A stretch of DNA of 47,688 nucleotides, taken from NCBI GenBank assembly GCA_044341565.1, contig JBIIRM010000008.1:1-47688 (forward strand). Direction: 5' to 3'. Below, piece by piece: positions 10,089 through 19,483 of this stretch (position 1 is the stretch's first letter; every line of letters begins with the position of its first letter). Source of the stretch: Minisyncoccia bacterium. Lineage in GTDB: Bacteria; Patescibacteriota; Minisyncoccia; SW-4-49-11. The notes under the pieces are model-generated. The model made no database searches and was not told the DNA's origin. It saw nothing but the letters and a program-made list of their open reading frames with translations. A program made the position numbers and the translations under genes.

Positions 10089-10410
10089 CCAAGGAGAATG
10101 GTAATCGCGCATATCCATATATATGGTGAGTGAGGAAAGTCTGGACACCTATTACTTTGTAATAAATGATAGTGGGTAATACCCACCATTGAGCTTGCTC
10201 AATCGGGATAGTATCGCAGAAACAAGACATTTGAGTATATCTCATCTAAGGTGAAAAGAGATAAACCCTATCAGGTGCAAGGCCGTGCTTTTCTGTATTG
10301 AAAAGAGTGCCGCCAAGAATATGCTGGTAACAGTATATCAAGATAAATGATTACCTATGTATATTTGCTTGCAAGTATGCATAACAGAATCCAGCTTATA
10401 TTCTTCTTGG
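10089..10410 (+). ncRNA. rnpB: RNase P RNA (bacterial type, compact)
   Basis: The 5' P4 strand GAGGAAAGUCUGGACACC matches the conserved AGGAAAGUCCGGGCUCC. The 3' P4 strand ACAGAAUCCAGCUUAUA matches ACAGAACCCGGCUUA. The P1 helix pairs ccaaggagaat (10089-10099) with attcttcttgg (10400-10410). It lies in a 390-bp gene-free gap. Confidence 0.6.
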
Positions 10411-10435
10411 ATAATTCTATAAACAATTACTATAT

Positions 10436-11851
10436 ATGAATAGATTCGAGTTATTATTTAGTGCTATACGAGTACCCATAGATTTTTTTGTCATTCTTTT
10501 GGCAGGAATATTATCTTATCAATTACGTATATCTGAATTTGCAATAGAGGTTCGTCCCATACCATATGATTTCAGTAGTGACTGGTATAATGGATTTGTT
10601 ATTGTATTTGCATTAGTAACCGTAATTATCCTTGCAATATCAGGAATGTATAGTGTCAGGAAAACTCCAGGAATTGTGAGCGAATTTTATCGTATTTTGA
10701 GTTCTGTATCAATCACAATTTTAATTATTATTTTATATTATTTCTTTTATTCTCGTGATTTATTCTCATCAAGATTTTTGATTATTTCCCTTTGGGCATT
10801 AGCTATTATCTTATTATTAATTGGAAGATTATTAGTACATAGCATACAGGATGCTATTGTAAGGCATTATAAATGGGGAATACATAGAGTTGTTATTATT
10901 ACAGGAGAAGATATAGCTGGTAAATTAGTACTTGATGCACTTAATACTAAAGACGGTATAGGATATCAAATAGTAGAAACACAAAAAGTATTGAATCTGA
11001 AAGGCTTAAGGCATTTAGCATTGACTAAACAAATTGACGAAGTAATTTTAGCAGATACCAAATTACCACAAGATCAATTAATTACAGTAAATTATCTGTG
11101 TGAGGAATATAAAATTGATTTTCAATATATCCCCAATATATTCGATATATATACACAGGTAGAGGTAAAAAATCTCTCAGGAGTATTATTATTTAGAGTA
11201 AAGCGTACAACCTTAGAAGGATGGGGAAGTATCTGGAAGAGATTATTCGATATTATTGTTGCTACATTAGCTATTATTATCCTCTCCCCAATTTATCTTA
11301 TTACCATTATTGCAATAAAACTTGATTCACCAGGACCAATTCTCTATAAAAGTCGTAGAGTGGGAGTAGCAAAAAAACCATTTGATGTATACAAATTCCG
11401 GAGTATGTATGAGGAATTATGTACGGATGAAGATAATGCAGAATCTATTGCCTTAGAGCAGAAAATATTAGCAGAAAAAGGTATCAAAAAAGGTCCCGTC
11501 AATAAAATTAAAGATGACCCTCGTGTTACTAAATTAGGGAAATTTATTCGTAAAACCAGTATAGATGAATTACCGCAATTCTTTAATGTACTCGTAGGAA
11601 GTATGAGTCTTGTAGGTCCTCGCCCTCATCAACCACGAGAAGTAGATAAATATAAACAACATCATAAAAAAGTACTCACAATCAAACCTGGAATAACCGG
11701 TATGGCGCAAGTTAATGGCCGCTCAGACTTGAGTTTTGAAGAAGAAGTATTATATGATACCTTTTATATAGAGAATTGGAGTATATGGCTGGATATTATT
11801 ATACTACTCAAAACGCCTTGGGCAATCATAGCTCCCCGCAAAGCTGATTAA
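10436..11851 (+). CDS. undecaprenyl-phosphate sugar phosphotransferase (bacterial sugar transferase, WbaP/EpsL-like)
   Basis: The N-terminal TM block and the C-terminal catalytic domain carry the hallmark motif [21 protein letters not shown]. Confidence 0.85.
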   Translation: MNRFELLFSAIRVPIDFFVILLAGILSYQLRISEFAIEVRPIPYDFSSDWYNGFVIVFALVTVIILAISGMYSVRKTPGIVSEFYRILSSVSITILIIILYYFFYSRDLFSSRFLIISLWALAIILLLIGRLLVHSIQDAIVRHYKWGIHRVVIITGEDIAGKLVLDALNTKDGIGYQIVETQKVLNLKGLRHLALTKQIDEVILADTKLPQDQLITVNYLCEEYKIDFQYIPNIFDIYTQVEVKNLSGVLLFRVKRTTLEGWGSIWKRLFDIIVATLAIIILSPIYLITIIAIKLDSPGPILYKSRRVGVAKKPFDVYKFRSMYEELCTDEDNAESIALEQKILAEKGIKKGPVNKIKDDPRVTKLGKFIRKTSIDELPQFFNVLVGSMSLVGPRPHQPREVDKYKQHHKKVLTIKPGITGMAQVNGRSDLSFEEEVLYDTFYIENWSIWLDIIILLKTPWAIIAPRKAD

Positions 11852-11911
11852 AAAATTGAGAATTATATATCAATATGATATAATAAAAATAATGTAAAAT
11901 AAATAGATATT

Positions 11912-14900
11912 ATGGGAGAATCATTTAGACAAATACCCGAAGATTATAGAGAGCCTAATGAACATGATAGAGGTTTAGAAAATGGTCAAGGACTTATAGA
12001 ATTTGTTTCTGCTTCAGTCAAAAAAAGGAATAGATTTAATAAGGAATTAGGGCCAGTCATTGGTATTACGGACACAGATAATTTGGCTAAATTAAGACGT
12101 AAACTTCAAGAAGAATTGACAATCCCACAGTTAAATGGTAATACATTAGATTTAGAAACAGTAAATTTTTTACGTAATCGTTATGGTTTTGATGCTTTAG
12201 GACAAGAAGAATATGAGGTACAGCAAAGCCAGACACAGGAAGTTGAAAATAGTGTTGAACAGTTAGCTCCAGAAGAAAAAATTAGTCTTAACTCCCTAAA
12301 TTCAGAACAAACTCAAATAGTAGAAGAGGAAACAGGAATAACTCCTGAAATACCAGCTGAGCAAGAATTGGTATCAGAAGTATTGTCACCCATACAGGAC
12401 CAACAAGATCAAATTACCCCTATTGCGGAAGAATCAATTCTTCAAAATCCTGAGCAAGTTGCTCCAAAAGAAGAATTGACTTCTGAAAATCCAGATGTAC
12501 AGGGAATGTTGGCTGAGGTCACAGCTATTGTAGAGGCGGAACAACAGGAGGAAGAAAAATTAGATGTACCTGAAGGAGGAGAAAATAAAGGAGAAGAGAC
12601 TGAAAGATTAACACAAGAAGCTCGTGAAACTATTGCTATATATCAAAAATTTGGACAAGAGCATCCTATTTTTACAAGAGATCAGGCAACGCAAGAGCGA
12701 TATCGTCAATTAGAAGCTGAAGCTTGGGGAGCTCAGAATAGACTTGCTCATATGAATGGGGGAGAAATTTTTGCTTTACCACAAAAAAGAGATATAGAAT
12801 TATCACATCCAGAAGCAAAAGACACAAAAGACTATCTGGAATCATTAGAATATGGATTTGATGAGAAGGGTAATATTATTACCATTAAACATCATAATAA
12901 AAATATAGAATTGAATCGACCTTATAGTGTGGCAAATTTGATAGATAAAGCTCGACCAGCACAAATACTTACTGATATTAATTTAGATAATATCGATACA
13001 GATCTACATCGTATAGGATATGTATTACCGGGTTTGAATCCCCAAACCCCAGACTTTATTGTGAGTACACTCAGCAAAGATGAATTTATACAAGGAGTGA
13101 TTGTTGATGATATTGTTCCCGAACAAGTAGTAACACCTGAAGCTAATCCAGAGATACAAGCTTCTAGTGTTTTATTTCCGCCCGAGCCAACGGCAGAACA
13201 ATTACCAATCACCCCAGTACCAGAAGTTAATCTTGAAGTAGAAAACTCTACGCTTGAAGTTGTGATAAGTCCAGAAATAGAACAAGCACCAATAAATCCA
13301 GATTTGGGAAGTTTATATTATCAAGAAATTCAATTATGGAATAATATTCAAGCATTAAAAGAGCGAAGAGAGCAAAAAGAAGCTAAAGAAGAAGATATTG
13401 ATACACAAATTGAAAAAGCCGAGTCAGATTATCAAAGTTTTATAAACACATTATGGGGAAGTGAATTGGGAAGACGTTTTGTCCAATTTCTTGATTTGCG
13501 TACAGAGAGTGCATATACTGAAGAGCAAAATAATAAATATGGTAGAGATAAAGGTTTATTAGAGAAAATTCGTGATAAATTCTCAAGAGAAGATGTATCA
13601 GATACAGAAGAATTAAGTCCTAAAGATCAGGAACTTAAGGCTAGAAATGAATATAATCAAGCTTTACAAGAATTAATTAGAACTGAATCAGCTATTGGAT
13701 TAGAATCAGAAATACAAACATTATTTGCAACTGAAGTACAGCGTTTGCGAGATGAAAGAATAGTACAATCTCAGGAATTACAAGAATGGGATCAAACAGG
13801 ACTTGAAAAAATAGCTAATTCAACTAAAGAAAAACTATTCAACTGGTATATTAAACATAAAAATACTATTGGTAAAGTTAATCTTGCATTATTTGCAACA
13901 AGTACAACACTAGCATTAACTGGAGCTGGACTACCTGTAGCAGGAGCATTAGAGGCTGTAAGGCGTACAATAGCATATCCTATGGCTTTTGCTTCTGGAG
14001 TATCAAGTAGAGAACTTATAAGGTCAAAATTTGAAGATGGGGATGTTAATATACTTAATATTATTAAATATAAAGGGGGAATTACTAAACTAGTAGGGGA
14101 GTCTCTACAAGGAAATTATATTCAGGAAGCTCAAGATACTGAACTTACTGCAAAACTTAGTACCCTGGAGTCTTATTATCGGCTTAATGGAGGTAAATTT
14201 ACTGAATTGTCTCAGCAAAAAGCTTATGAGTTGATATTAACTGAATTAGGGCAGAGAGTAGAAAATCAAAAAATTGATGATGTTAAACCAGATATAGAGC
14301 AACCTGAAGAGCAAGAGACTACAGCTAACACAGGATTAGATTATAATATTAATTTAAAAGATAATCCTATAGAACAAAATCCAAACTATGTTAATAGCTT
14401 ATTAGAGACAGTATCAGAAAAGCGTATTACAGAATTACAAAGACTACAAAGGAATAGAACTATTGCAAATGTAGCAGGAACAGTTGTAGCGGGATCACTA
14501 TTAGTCAATTTAGCGGCACATGCTATTAAACTTGATAAACCAGATATTGCAGATACTCCTGATAATCTGTCTGTTGGGACAAGTCCAGAGACTGCTACTC
14601 CAAATCCTACAGAAATATCTCCAGTTAAACCTGATATTCCATCTTCAGAAGGAGCTGAATCTATGAATGAGGTTGCAAAAGAAGCTACTCAGCAATTATC
14701 AACAGAACAATTACAAGATATCTCTGAATTAAGTAAGGGAGAGACTTTATGGGGAGAAATAGCTAAAAAATTAGGAGCGAATGCCAGTGAAGCCCAAATT
14801 CAACAAGGAGTAGAAACATATATGCAATCAACACAAGGTTCAGAAACTATATTTAATTTAGCAAATCAAACTGAGGGGGGAAGAGCTTTATTATCTCAAT

Positions 14901-15859
14901 GGGGGATTGATAATGCAGGAGAACTATCACAAGTATCAAAAACAGATTTATATGAATTATCTCGTCATCTAGGAGTAGGACAATTAAAGGGGTTAGATAC
15001 ATTAGATATTACTAATCTCCCTCCTCTTGATGAGGTATCAACTCCTACAGGATTAACTCCTCCTGAAAGTCCTAGTTCTGGAGTAACTCCTCCTGGACCT
15101 GGAGCCGAGTCTATTCCTCCAACTGATACTAATACTTTTGCTCGAGAAGTATCTCATACATTGCGTTTAGAGAATACCTCTCTCGATGATAATCAAGTTA
15201 AAGATATTTTGGAAGCATATCATTCCACTGAGCAGGGACGTAATTCTATGTATGAATTAATATTATCCGCTCCTGAAGGAGATACCTATTTATCTAATTT
15301 AGGTATTAAGACTATAGAAGATTTTTCAAATCTATCAGAGGATCAATTATATGAGCTTTCCCAGAGTATTGATTTAAACAAGCTTGAAGGATTTAATTTC
15401 AATAATATTATCTTATCTCGATTTGAAGATGCTCCAAACTCCATTCCATTGATAAAAGGAACCGGAGCTTTATCCCAAGTAAACCAGTATATTGATTTGT
15501 ATGCGGGAGCATTGCCATATAATTCTACTTTGGGACAAGAAGTATTAACTACATATTTGAATACCCCAGAAGGAAAAGATTGGCTATATGATGCTATTGT
15601 AAATAATCCAGATACATTAAATGGAAATCAAGGTATTCAAATTGCAAAAGAATATTTCCGACAAAAGGGTATACAACAGGGAACAGATATTGATTGGACA
15701 CTCTTAAGTGGAGATAAAAAAAATCCCACCTCAATTTTCTGGAGAGAGACCTCTTTGACAGGAGGAAGAAAAATCCCACCATTATCTACTCTTTTGAAAC
15801 CAGGTACAATGCCAGGTATCAAGAAAGCACTTGAGCAAGTATTAACATTAAAACAATAA
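11912..15859 (+). CDS. giant hypothetical protein (1315 aa), acidic coiled-coil rich with internal TM helices and repeated helical motifs
   Basis: The N-terminal 600 aa is Glu/Gln-rich low complexity. Hydrophobic segments occur at LALFATSTTLALTGAGLPVAGAL and IANVAGTVVAGSLLVNLAAHAI. A Pro/Thr-rich linker (PPLDEVSTPTGLTPPESPSSGVTPPGPG) is present. A motif xELSxxxxxLYELSxxLG recurs. No recognisable enzyme motif was found. Confidence 0.55.
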   Translation: MGESFRQIPEDYREPNEHDRGLENGQGLIEFVSASVKKRNRFNKELGPVIGITDTDNLAKLRRKLQEELTIPQLNGNTLDLETVNFLRNRYGFDALGQEEYEVQQSQTQEVENSVEQLAPEEKISLNSLNSEQTQIVEEETGITPEIPAEQELVSEVLSPIQDQQDQITPIAEESILQNPEQVAPKEELTSENPDVQGMLAEVTAIVEAEQQEEEKLDVPEGGENKGEETERLTQEARETIAIYQKFGQEHPIFTRDQATQERYRQLEAEAWGAQNRLAHMNGGEIFALPQKRDIELSHPEAKDTKDYLESLEYGFDEKGNIITIKHHNKNIELNRPYSVANLIDKARPAQILTDINLDNIDTDLHRIGYVLPGLNPQTPDFIVSTLSKDEFIQGVIVDDIVPEQVVTPEANPEIQASSVLFPPEPTAEQLPITPVPEVNLEVENSTLEVVISPEIEQAPINPDLGSLYYQEIQLWNNIQALKERREQKEAKEEDIDTQIEKAESDYQSFINTLWGSELGRRFVQFLDLRTESAYTEEQNNKYGRDKGLLEKIRDKFSREDVSDTEELSPKDQELKARNEYNQALQELIRTESAIGLESEIQTLFATEVQRLRDERIVQSQELQEWDQTGLEKIANSTKEKLFNWYIKHKNTIGKVNLALFATSTTLALTGAGLPVAGALEAVRRTIAYPMAFASGVSSRELIRSKFEDGDVNILNIIKYKGGITKLVGESLQGNYIQEAQDTELTAKLSTLESYYRLNGGKFTELSQQKAYELILTELGQRVENQKIDDVKPDIEQPEEQETTANTGLDYNINLKDNPIEQNPNYVNSLLETVSEKRITELQRLQRNRTIANVAGTVVAGSLLVNLAAHAIKLDKPDIADTPDNLSVGTSPETATPNPTEISPVKPDIPSSEGAESMNEVAKEATQQLSTEQLQDISELSKGETLWGEIAKKLGANASEAQIQQGVETYMQSTQGSETIFNLANQTEGGRALLSQWGIDNAGELSQVSKTDLYELSRHLGVGQLKGLDTLDITNLPPLDEVSTPTGLTPPESPSSGVTPPGPGAESIPPTDTNTFAREVSHTLRLENTSLDDNQVKDILEAYHSTEQGRNSMYELILSAPEGDTYLSNLGIKTIEDFSNLSEDQLYELSQSIDLNKLEGFNFNNIILSRFEDAPNSIPLIKGTGALSQVNQYIDLYAGALPYNSTLGQEVLTTYLNTPEGKDWLYDAIVNNPDTLNGNQGIQIAKEYFRQKGIQQGTDIDWTLLSGDKKNPTSIFWRETSLTGGRKIPPLSTLLKPGTMPGIKKALEQVLTLKQ

Positions 15860-15860
15860 T

Positions 15861-16277
15861 ATGGCAAATCCAGAAGACAATATTATCGCATTATTAGGAC
15901 TAGAAGATTTACCTGTTGAGAATAGAGCTCAATTAGTGGATGAATTAACCCAAATTCTTGAAGTTCGTGTACTCAGTGCCGCTTATGATACATTGAGTGA
16001 AGATCAGGCAAAACATTTAGATACACTACTTAATGAGAATAATCCAGAAGTAGTCACTACCTATATTCAAGAAAATGTTCCAACTCTTAGTGATATATTT
16101 GCCAATCAAATAGAAGTATTAAAAGAGGAATTAGTACAACATAAAGAGAAAATCACCAAGAATTTGACACAAGAATTAGAACTTGAGCATAATCACGATG
16201 AAGATGATGGACATACTCATGAACATGGAGAAGATCATATTCACACAGAATCAGGTGACGAAAATCCTACAGAATAA
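15861..16277 (+). CDS. small acidic hypothetical protein with His/Asp/Glu-rich C-terminal tail
   Basis: The ATG overlaps the stop of the giant gene (ATAATATGG). The C-terminus reads EHNHDEDDGHTHEHGEDHIHTESGDE, a potential metal-binding tail. Confidence 0.4.
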   Translation: MANPEDNIIALLGLEDLPVENRAQLVDELTQILEVRVLSAAYDTLSEDQAKHLDTLLNENNPEVVTTYIQENVPTLSDIFANQIEVLKEELVQHKEKITKNLTQELELEHNHDEDDGHTHEHGEDHIHTESGDENPTE

Positions 16278-17408
16278 TTATCCAATTACTGGTATAGAGA
16301 ATCTAGGTTCGGGGCTTGATTTACGAGATTTTTTGGCTTCAAATGTATTGAGATAAGCATAGTGATATTTATGTACTTGTCCTTCAATAGATAATATATC
16401 TTGAATTATTGGCATATATTCTGAGGCTATGCGCTTGAGAATAGGATACATATCCTCAATAATATTGAGCCCGGTTACAATAGAGCTATAATTATAAGGA
16501 GTAAAGAATATTCCATTTGCTTTTATTAATTCTTGATTATATTCTCCTTTTGAAGCAAGAACAGGAATCCCAGCAATTAGAGCTAGGGATAGAGGATATT
16601 TATCTTCATTATTCGGAGAAATTTCTACAAATATATGAGCATTTTGAATCAGAGACTGTTCGGTATTCCCGCTTAATTCTCCTACAAAAAGCATAGTATC
16701 ATTTTGATAAGACTCACGTATAGATGGCTTTACTTTACCCAGTACAATAACAGGAAGATTCAGATTATGTTTGCGATATGCCTTTAACCATAATTCTAAA
16801 CTTTCAGAATCTCTATATTGCCCATTATGAACCAGAATATATTCTTGAGGATATAAATCTTTGAAATTATTTTGAGAATTTACAATAGAAGCAGTATCAA
16901 TTCCTGTTGGTATACTATATACTTTTGATTTAAAAGAAGCGTTTAGGAGAGTTTGTAATTCTGGATTATCTATAATCAAAGAATCAGAAAACTGAGCAGA
17001 TATATAAGAGAGTAGCATATAGCGTCGTCTATTCTTTTTGCTATTGACAAAAGTATATTGATGATAATCAAAAATAACCCTTACTTGAGGCATTTGTAAT
17101 GATACCCAAAAAGCCACCCAAGCATATTCTAGCGATCTAATATGTACAATATCAAGATTTTCTATTTTCCGGAGCTCACGAATAATGGACTTAACTTTAG
17201 GTTGACTGGGAATAATATGAATATTCTTATATTCCGTTAATTGGGTGTAATTAGGGTCTGAGAGCACATATACAGAATGTCCTCGTCTTGCCAATTGAGT
17301 CGCTACAATTTCACAATTATACTCATTTCTATCTCGAGTATTTTGATAAGGAATTCCTCTGGTACCAACAAATGCTATGACCATATGGGATATTAGTTCT
17401 ACAGACAA
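16278..17408 (-). CDS. glycosyltransferase family 1 (GT4-like)
   Basis: The N-terminus IAFVGTRGIPYQ is typical of GT4 enzymes. The C-terminal half has the GT-B fold pattern with conserved Glu and Lys positions. It is convergent with the upstream gene with zero spacing. Confidence 0.6.
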   Translation of the reverse strand: MSVELISHMVIAFVGTRGIPYQNTRDRNEYNCEIVATQLARRGHSVYVLSDPNYTQLTEYKNIHIIPSQPKVKSIIRELRKIENLDIVHIRSLEYAWVAFWVSLQMPQVRVIFDYHQYTFVNSKKNRRRYMLLSYISAQFSDSLIIDNPELQTLLNASFKSKVYSIPTGIDTASIVNSQNNFKDLYPQEYILVHNGQYRDSESLELWLKAYRKHNLNLPVIVLGKVKPSIRESYQNDTMLFVGELSGNTEQSLIQNAHIFVEISPNNEDKYPLSLALIAGIPVLASKGEYNQELIKANGIFFTPYNYSSIVTGLNIIEDMYPILKRIASEYMPIIQDILSIEGQVHKYHYAYLNTFEAKKSRKSSPEPRFSIPVIG

Positions 17409-17460
17409 AAACTATAGCATAAAATAGCAGTTTTGTCAATTTCTGATATTATTTTTCCAC

Positions 17461-17960
17461 CCCTTTCCCTGCTACCCCTCAATTTATCTCCCGTAGGGAG
17501 AGAGGGGAATTAGCTAAGTCCACACCCGTCGACTTTGTCGACACCCTCGCCGGCGAGGCCTGCCTGCGGTAGGCAGGGACAGTTTTATTGTCCTCCCTTG
17601 GGGGAGCTTTGGTTCCTCCTATATTTGTTTAGGAGGGGGTGCCCGTAATAGACTGAAGGTCTGGGAAAGGGGTCGGGAAAACAGAAGTTTTCCCGTGGAG
17701 GAAGGTTGGGAAACCGTGAGGTTTCACAGGAGCAAATCCCATTTGCGACGGGGGAGGGAGGATAGAGTTTAAGTTTGTATTTTATCCACCCCGTCCAGCA
17801 AAGCTGTCCACCCCTCAAGAGGGGAATATATACAATGTACTGTCCTAAAAATTCCCCTCATGGGTTGTGAGTAGATAGGAGTCAGTATATAACAAAGTGC
17901 TTTGTCCGAAAAATTCCCCTCTTGAGGGGTGCCGTCGCTAGACGGCGGGGTGGAAAGTAT
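17461..17960. repeat. GC-rich hairpin-dense intergenic repeat element, copy A (largest; contains all modules)
   Basis: A roughly 55-60% GC island in a roughly 35% GC genome. Its palindromes and stems include gtcgactttgtcgac, ccctcgccggcgagg, cctgcctgcggtaggcagg, ggacagttttattgtcc, ttcctcctata..taggagg, gggaaaac..gttttccc, gcaaatcccatttgc and cccctcttgagggg. The core 17664-17755 recurs at 38596-38660 and 47131-47302. Confidence 0.6.
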
Positions 17961-18925
17961 TACAATAACTCTCTATTCACAAAATACACCCCTGCATATC
18001 CATTCGCAAAGCTATCAGCAGTAATAGTATTTTTCCCCTCTACAGTTAATTCTTTGACCGCAATATTACCTATTTTTGTCCCAATAATCAGATTGTGACT
18101 GACAGAATCTAATTGCCAATATCCTGGCTTAAGTTTAATATCAGATATATGCTCAAGATCTAATCTATCCAATACTACTTTTTTGTCCGTATTGAGATAG
18201 GTATATACTTGTGGCCAAATAGTATAAGCTCTATAGGCATTATTAATGTCCTCGGCTGATTGACTCTCCCAATCAATAAGCCCATCCATTTTTTGAACCA
18301 TTTTCACAAAACTAGCTTTAGCATCATCTTGAACCCAGGGAGTAATTTCTCCATTCATAAAAGGAATAAGATTTTGTCTCAATATATCAGCCGCAACAGT
18401 GATAATTTTTGCCTCAAGTTCAATATAGGTATCGGTAGGAGATATAGTGATTTCCTCTTGAGCAATAATAGGTCCATGATCCATCAAATGATCAATTTCC
18501 ATCAAACTAACAGCAGTACTCTTGTCTCCATTACGGAGGCTCGCCTGTATAGGAGATGGCCCACGATACTGAGGTAGTCTTGAAGGATGAATATTCAACA
18601 CTCGATGAGGCATAATATCTAATATAGCTTGCGGAATAATTTTACCATAGGCAATAATTAGCCAAATATCAGCAGATAATCCTCGCAATAATTCACTAGT
18701 CTCAGGAGCTTTGAGAGAATGAGGACTATACACGGGAATAGAATGACTTTCCCCAAATACTTTGAGAGGACTAGGAGTTAATATTCTTTTACGCCCCTGC
18801 GGAGTATCAGGAGTAGTAATAATAGCCACAATATCAGCCCAATCGAGTAGAGACTCAGCAATAGCAACCGTAAGCTGAGGAGTACCCCAAACTACAATAC
18901 GGGGTTTAGACATACATTTTCCCAC
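17960..18925 (-). CDS. fmt: methionyl-tRNA formyltransferase
   Basis: The N-terminus (MSKPRIVVWGTPQ) has a formyltransferase-type Rossmann fold. The motifs NIHPSRLPQYRGPSPIQ and the C-terminal Fmt domain are present. The start may be the internal Met at 18913. Confidence 0.85.
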   Translation of the reverse strand: MGKCMSKPRIVVWGTPQLTVAIAESLLDWADIVAIITTPDTPQGRKRILTPSPLKVFGESHSIPVYSPHSLKAPETSELLRGLSADIWLIIAYGKIIPQAILDIMPHRVLNIHPSRLPQYRGPSPIQASLRNGDKSTAVSLMEIDHLMDHGPIIAQEEITISPTDTYIELEAKIITVAADILRQNLIPFMNGEITPWVQDDAKASFVKMVQKMDGLIDWESQSAEDINNAYRAYTIWPQVYTYLNTDKKVVLDRLDLEHISDIKLKPGYWQLDSVSHNLIIGTKIGNIAVKELTVEGKNTITADSFANGYAGVYFVNRELL

Positions 18926-19424
18926 TTTGTTTTAGCTTTACAGGAAGAGCCTTATCTGCGAATAATACGCCATCAAGATGATCAATTTCATGTTGCAGAA
19001 TTCGAGCAAAAATTCCAAAAGCCTTACCAGCAATTTTCTCACCTTTTAGATTAAGCCCCGTAAATTCAATACTCGTAGGACGAATCACATCAGCAAAATA
19101 TTCAGGTAAAGACAAACACCCCTCTTCCATAGTAGCAGTATCCTTACTTAAAGCGGTTAATTCAGGATTAATAATTACATAATGTTGATCCAGAGCACAA
19201 TCCTCAAATCCTGACTCTTCAAAATGATCTCCTGGGACATTAATCAAAATCAATCGCACATTATGTCCGACTTGTGGAGCAGCAAGCCCCATACCATGAT
19301 GAGGTCTAATACTAGATTTCATATCTCGAGCTAATTTATGAATATCTCGAGTAATAGAATCAATAGGTTCAGATTTGGTACGGAGAATAGGATTTTTAAG
19401 CCCTGTTTCAATATCAAGAATCAT
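18906..19424 (-). CDS. def: peptide deformylase
   Basis: All three deformylase motifs are present: GLAAPQVG, EGCLS and HEIDHLDG. Confidence 0.9.
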   Translation of the reverse strand: MILDIETGLKNPILRTKSEPIDSITRDIHKLARDMKSSIRPHHGMGLAAPQVGHNVRLILINVPGDHFEESGFEDCALDQHYVIINPELTALSKDTATMEEGCLSLPEYFADVIRPTSIEFTGLNLKGEKIAGKAFGIFARILQHEIDHLDGVLFADKALPVKLKQSGKMYV

Positions 19425-19483
19425 ATAATGCTATAACAATTTGTTACTATATTATAGCATAAATGAGGCAAAAAAGCAAGATG

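Noticed and set aside
10063-10245. 60-aa minus-strand ORF in the recJ downstream gap
   Set aside because: It overlaps the RNase P RNA call, whose conserved P4 strands explain the conservation better than a peptide does.
17585-17818. 77-aa ORF on the minus strand (also 38509-38715 on plus and 47109-47429 on minus) inside the GC-rich repeats
   Set aside because: These ORFs lie entirely within non-coding repeat copies. They are open only because of GC richness, their sequence is Pro/Gly/Arg-rich low complexity, and they are not conserved in frame between repeat copies.
17461-17960. Possibility that the GC-rich islands are a CRISPR array, tmRNA or SRP RNA
   Set aside because: There are no regularly spaced identical direct repeats with unique spacers. 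There is no tmRNA tag ORF and no GGGG...CCA tRNA-like pairing. No SRP domain IV motif is present. Four homologous but shuffled copies argue for a repeat-element family, not single-copy housekeeping RNAs.
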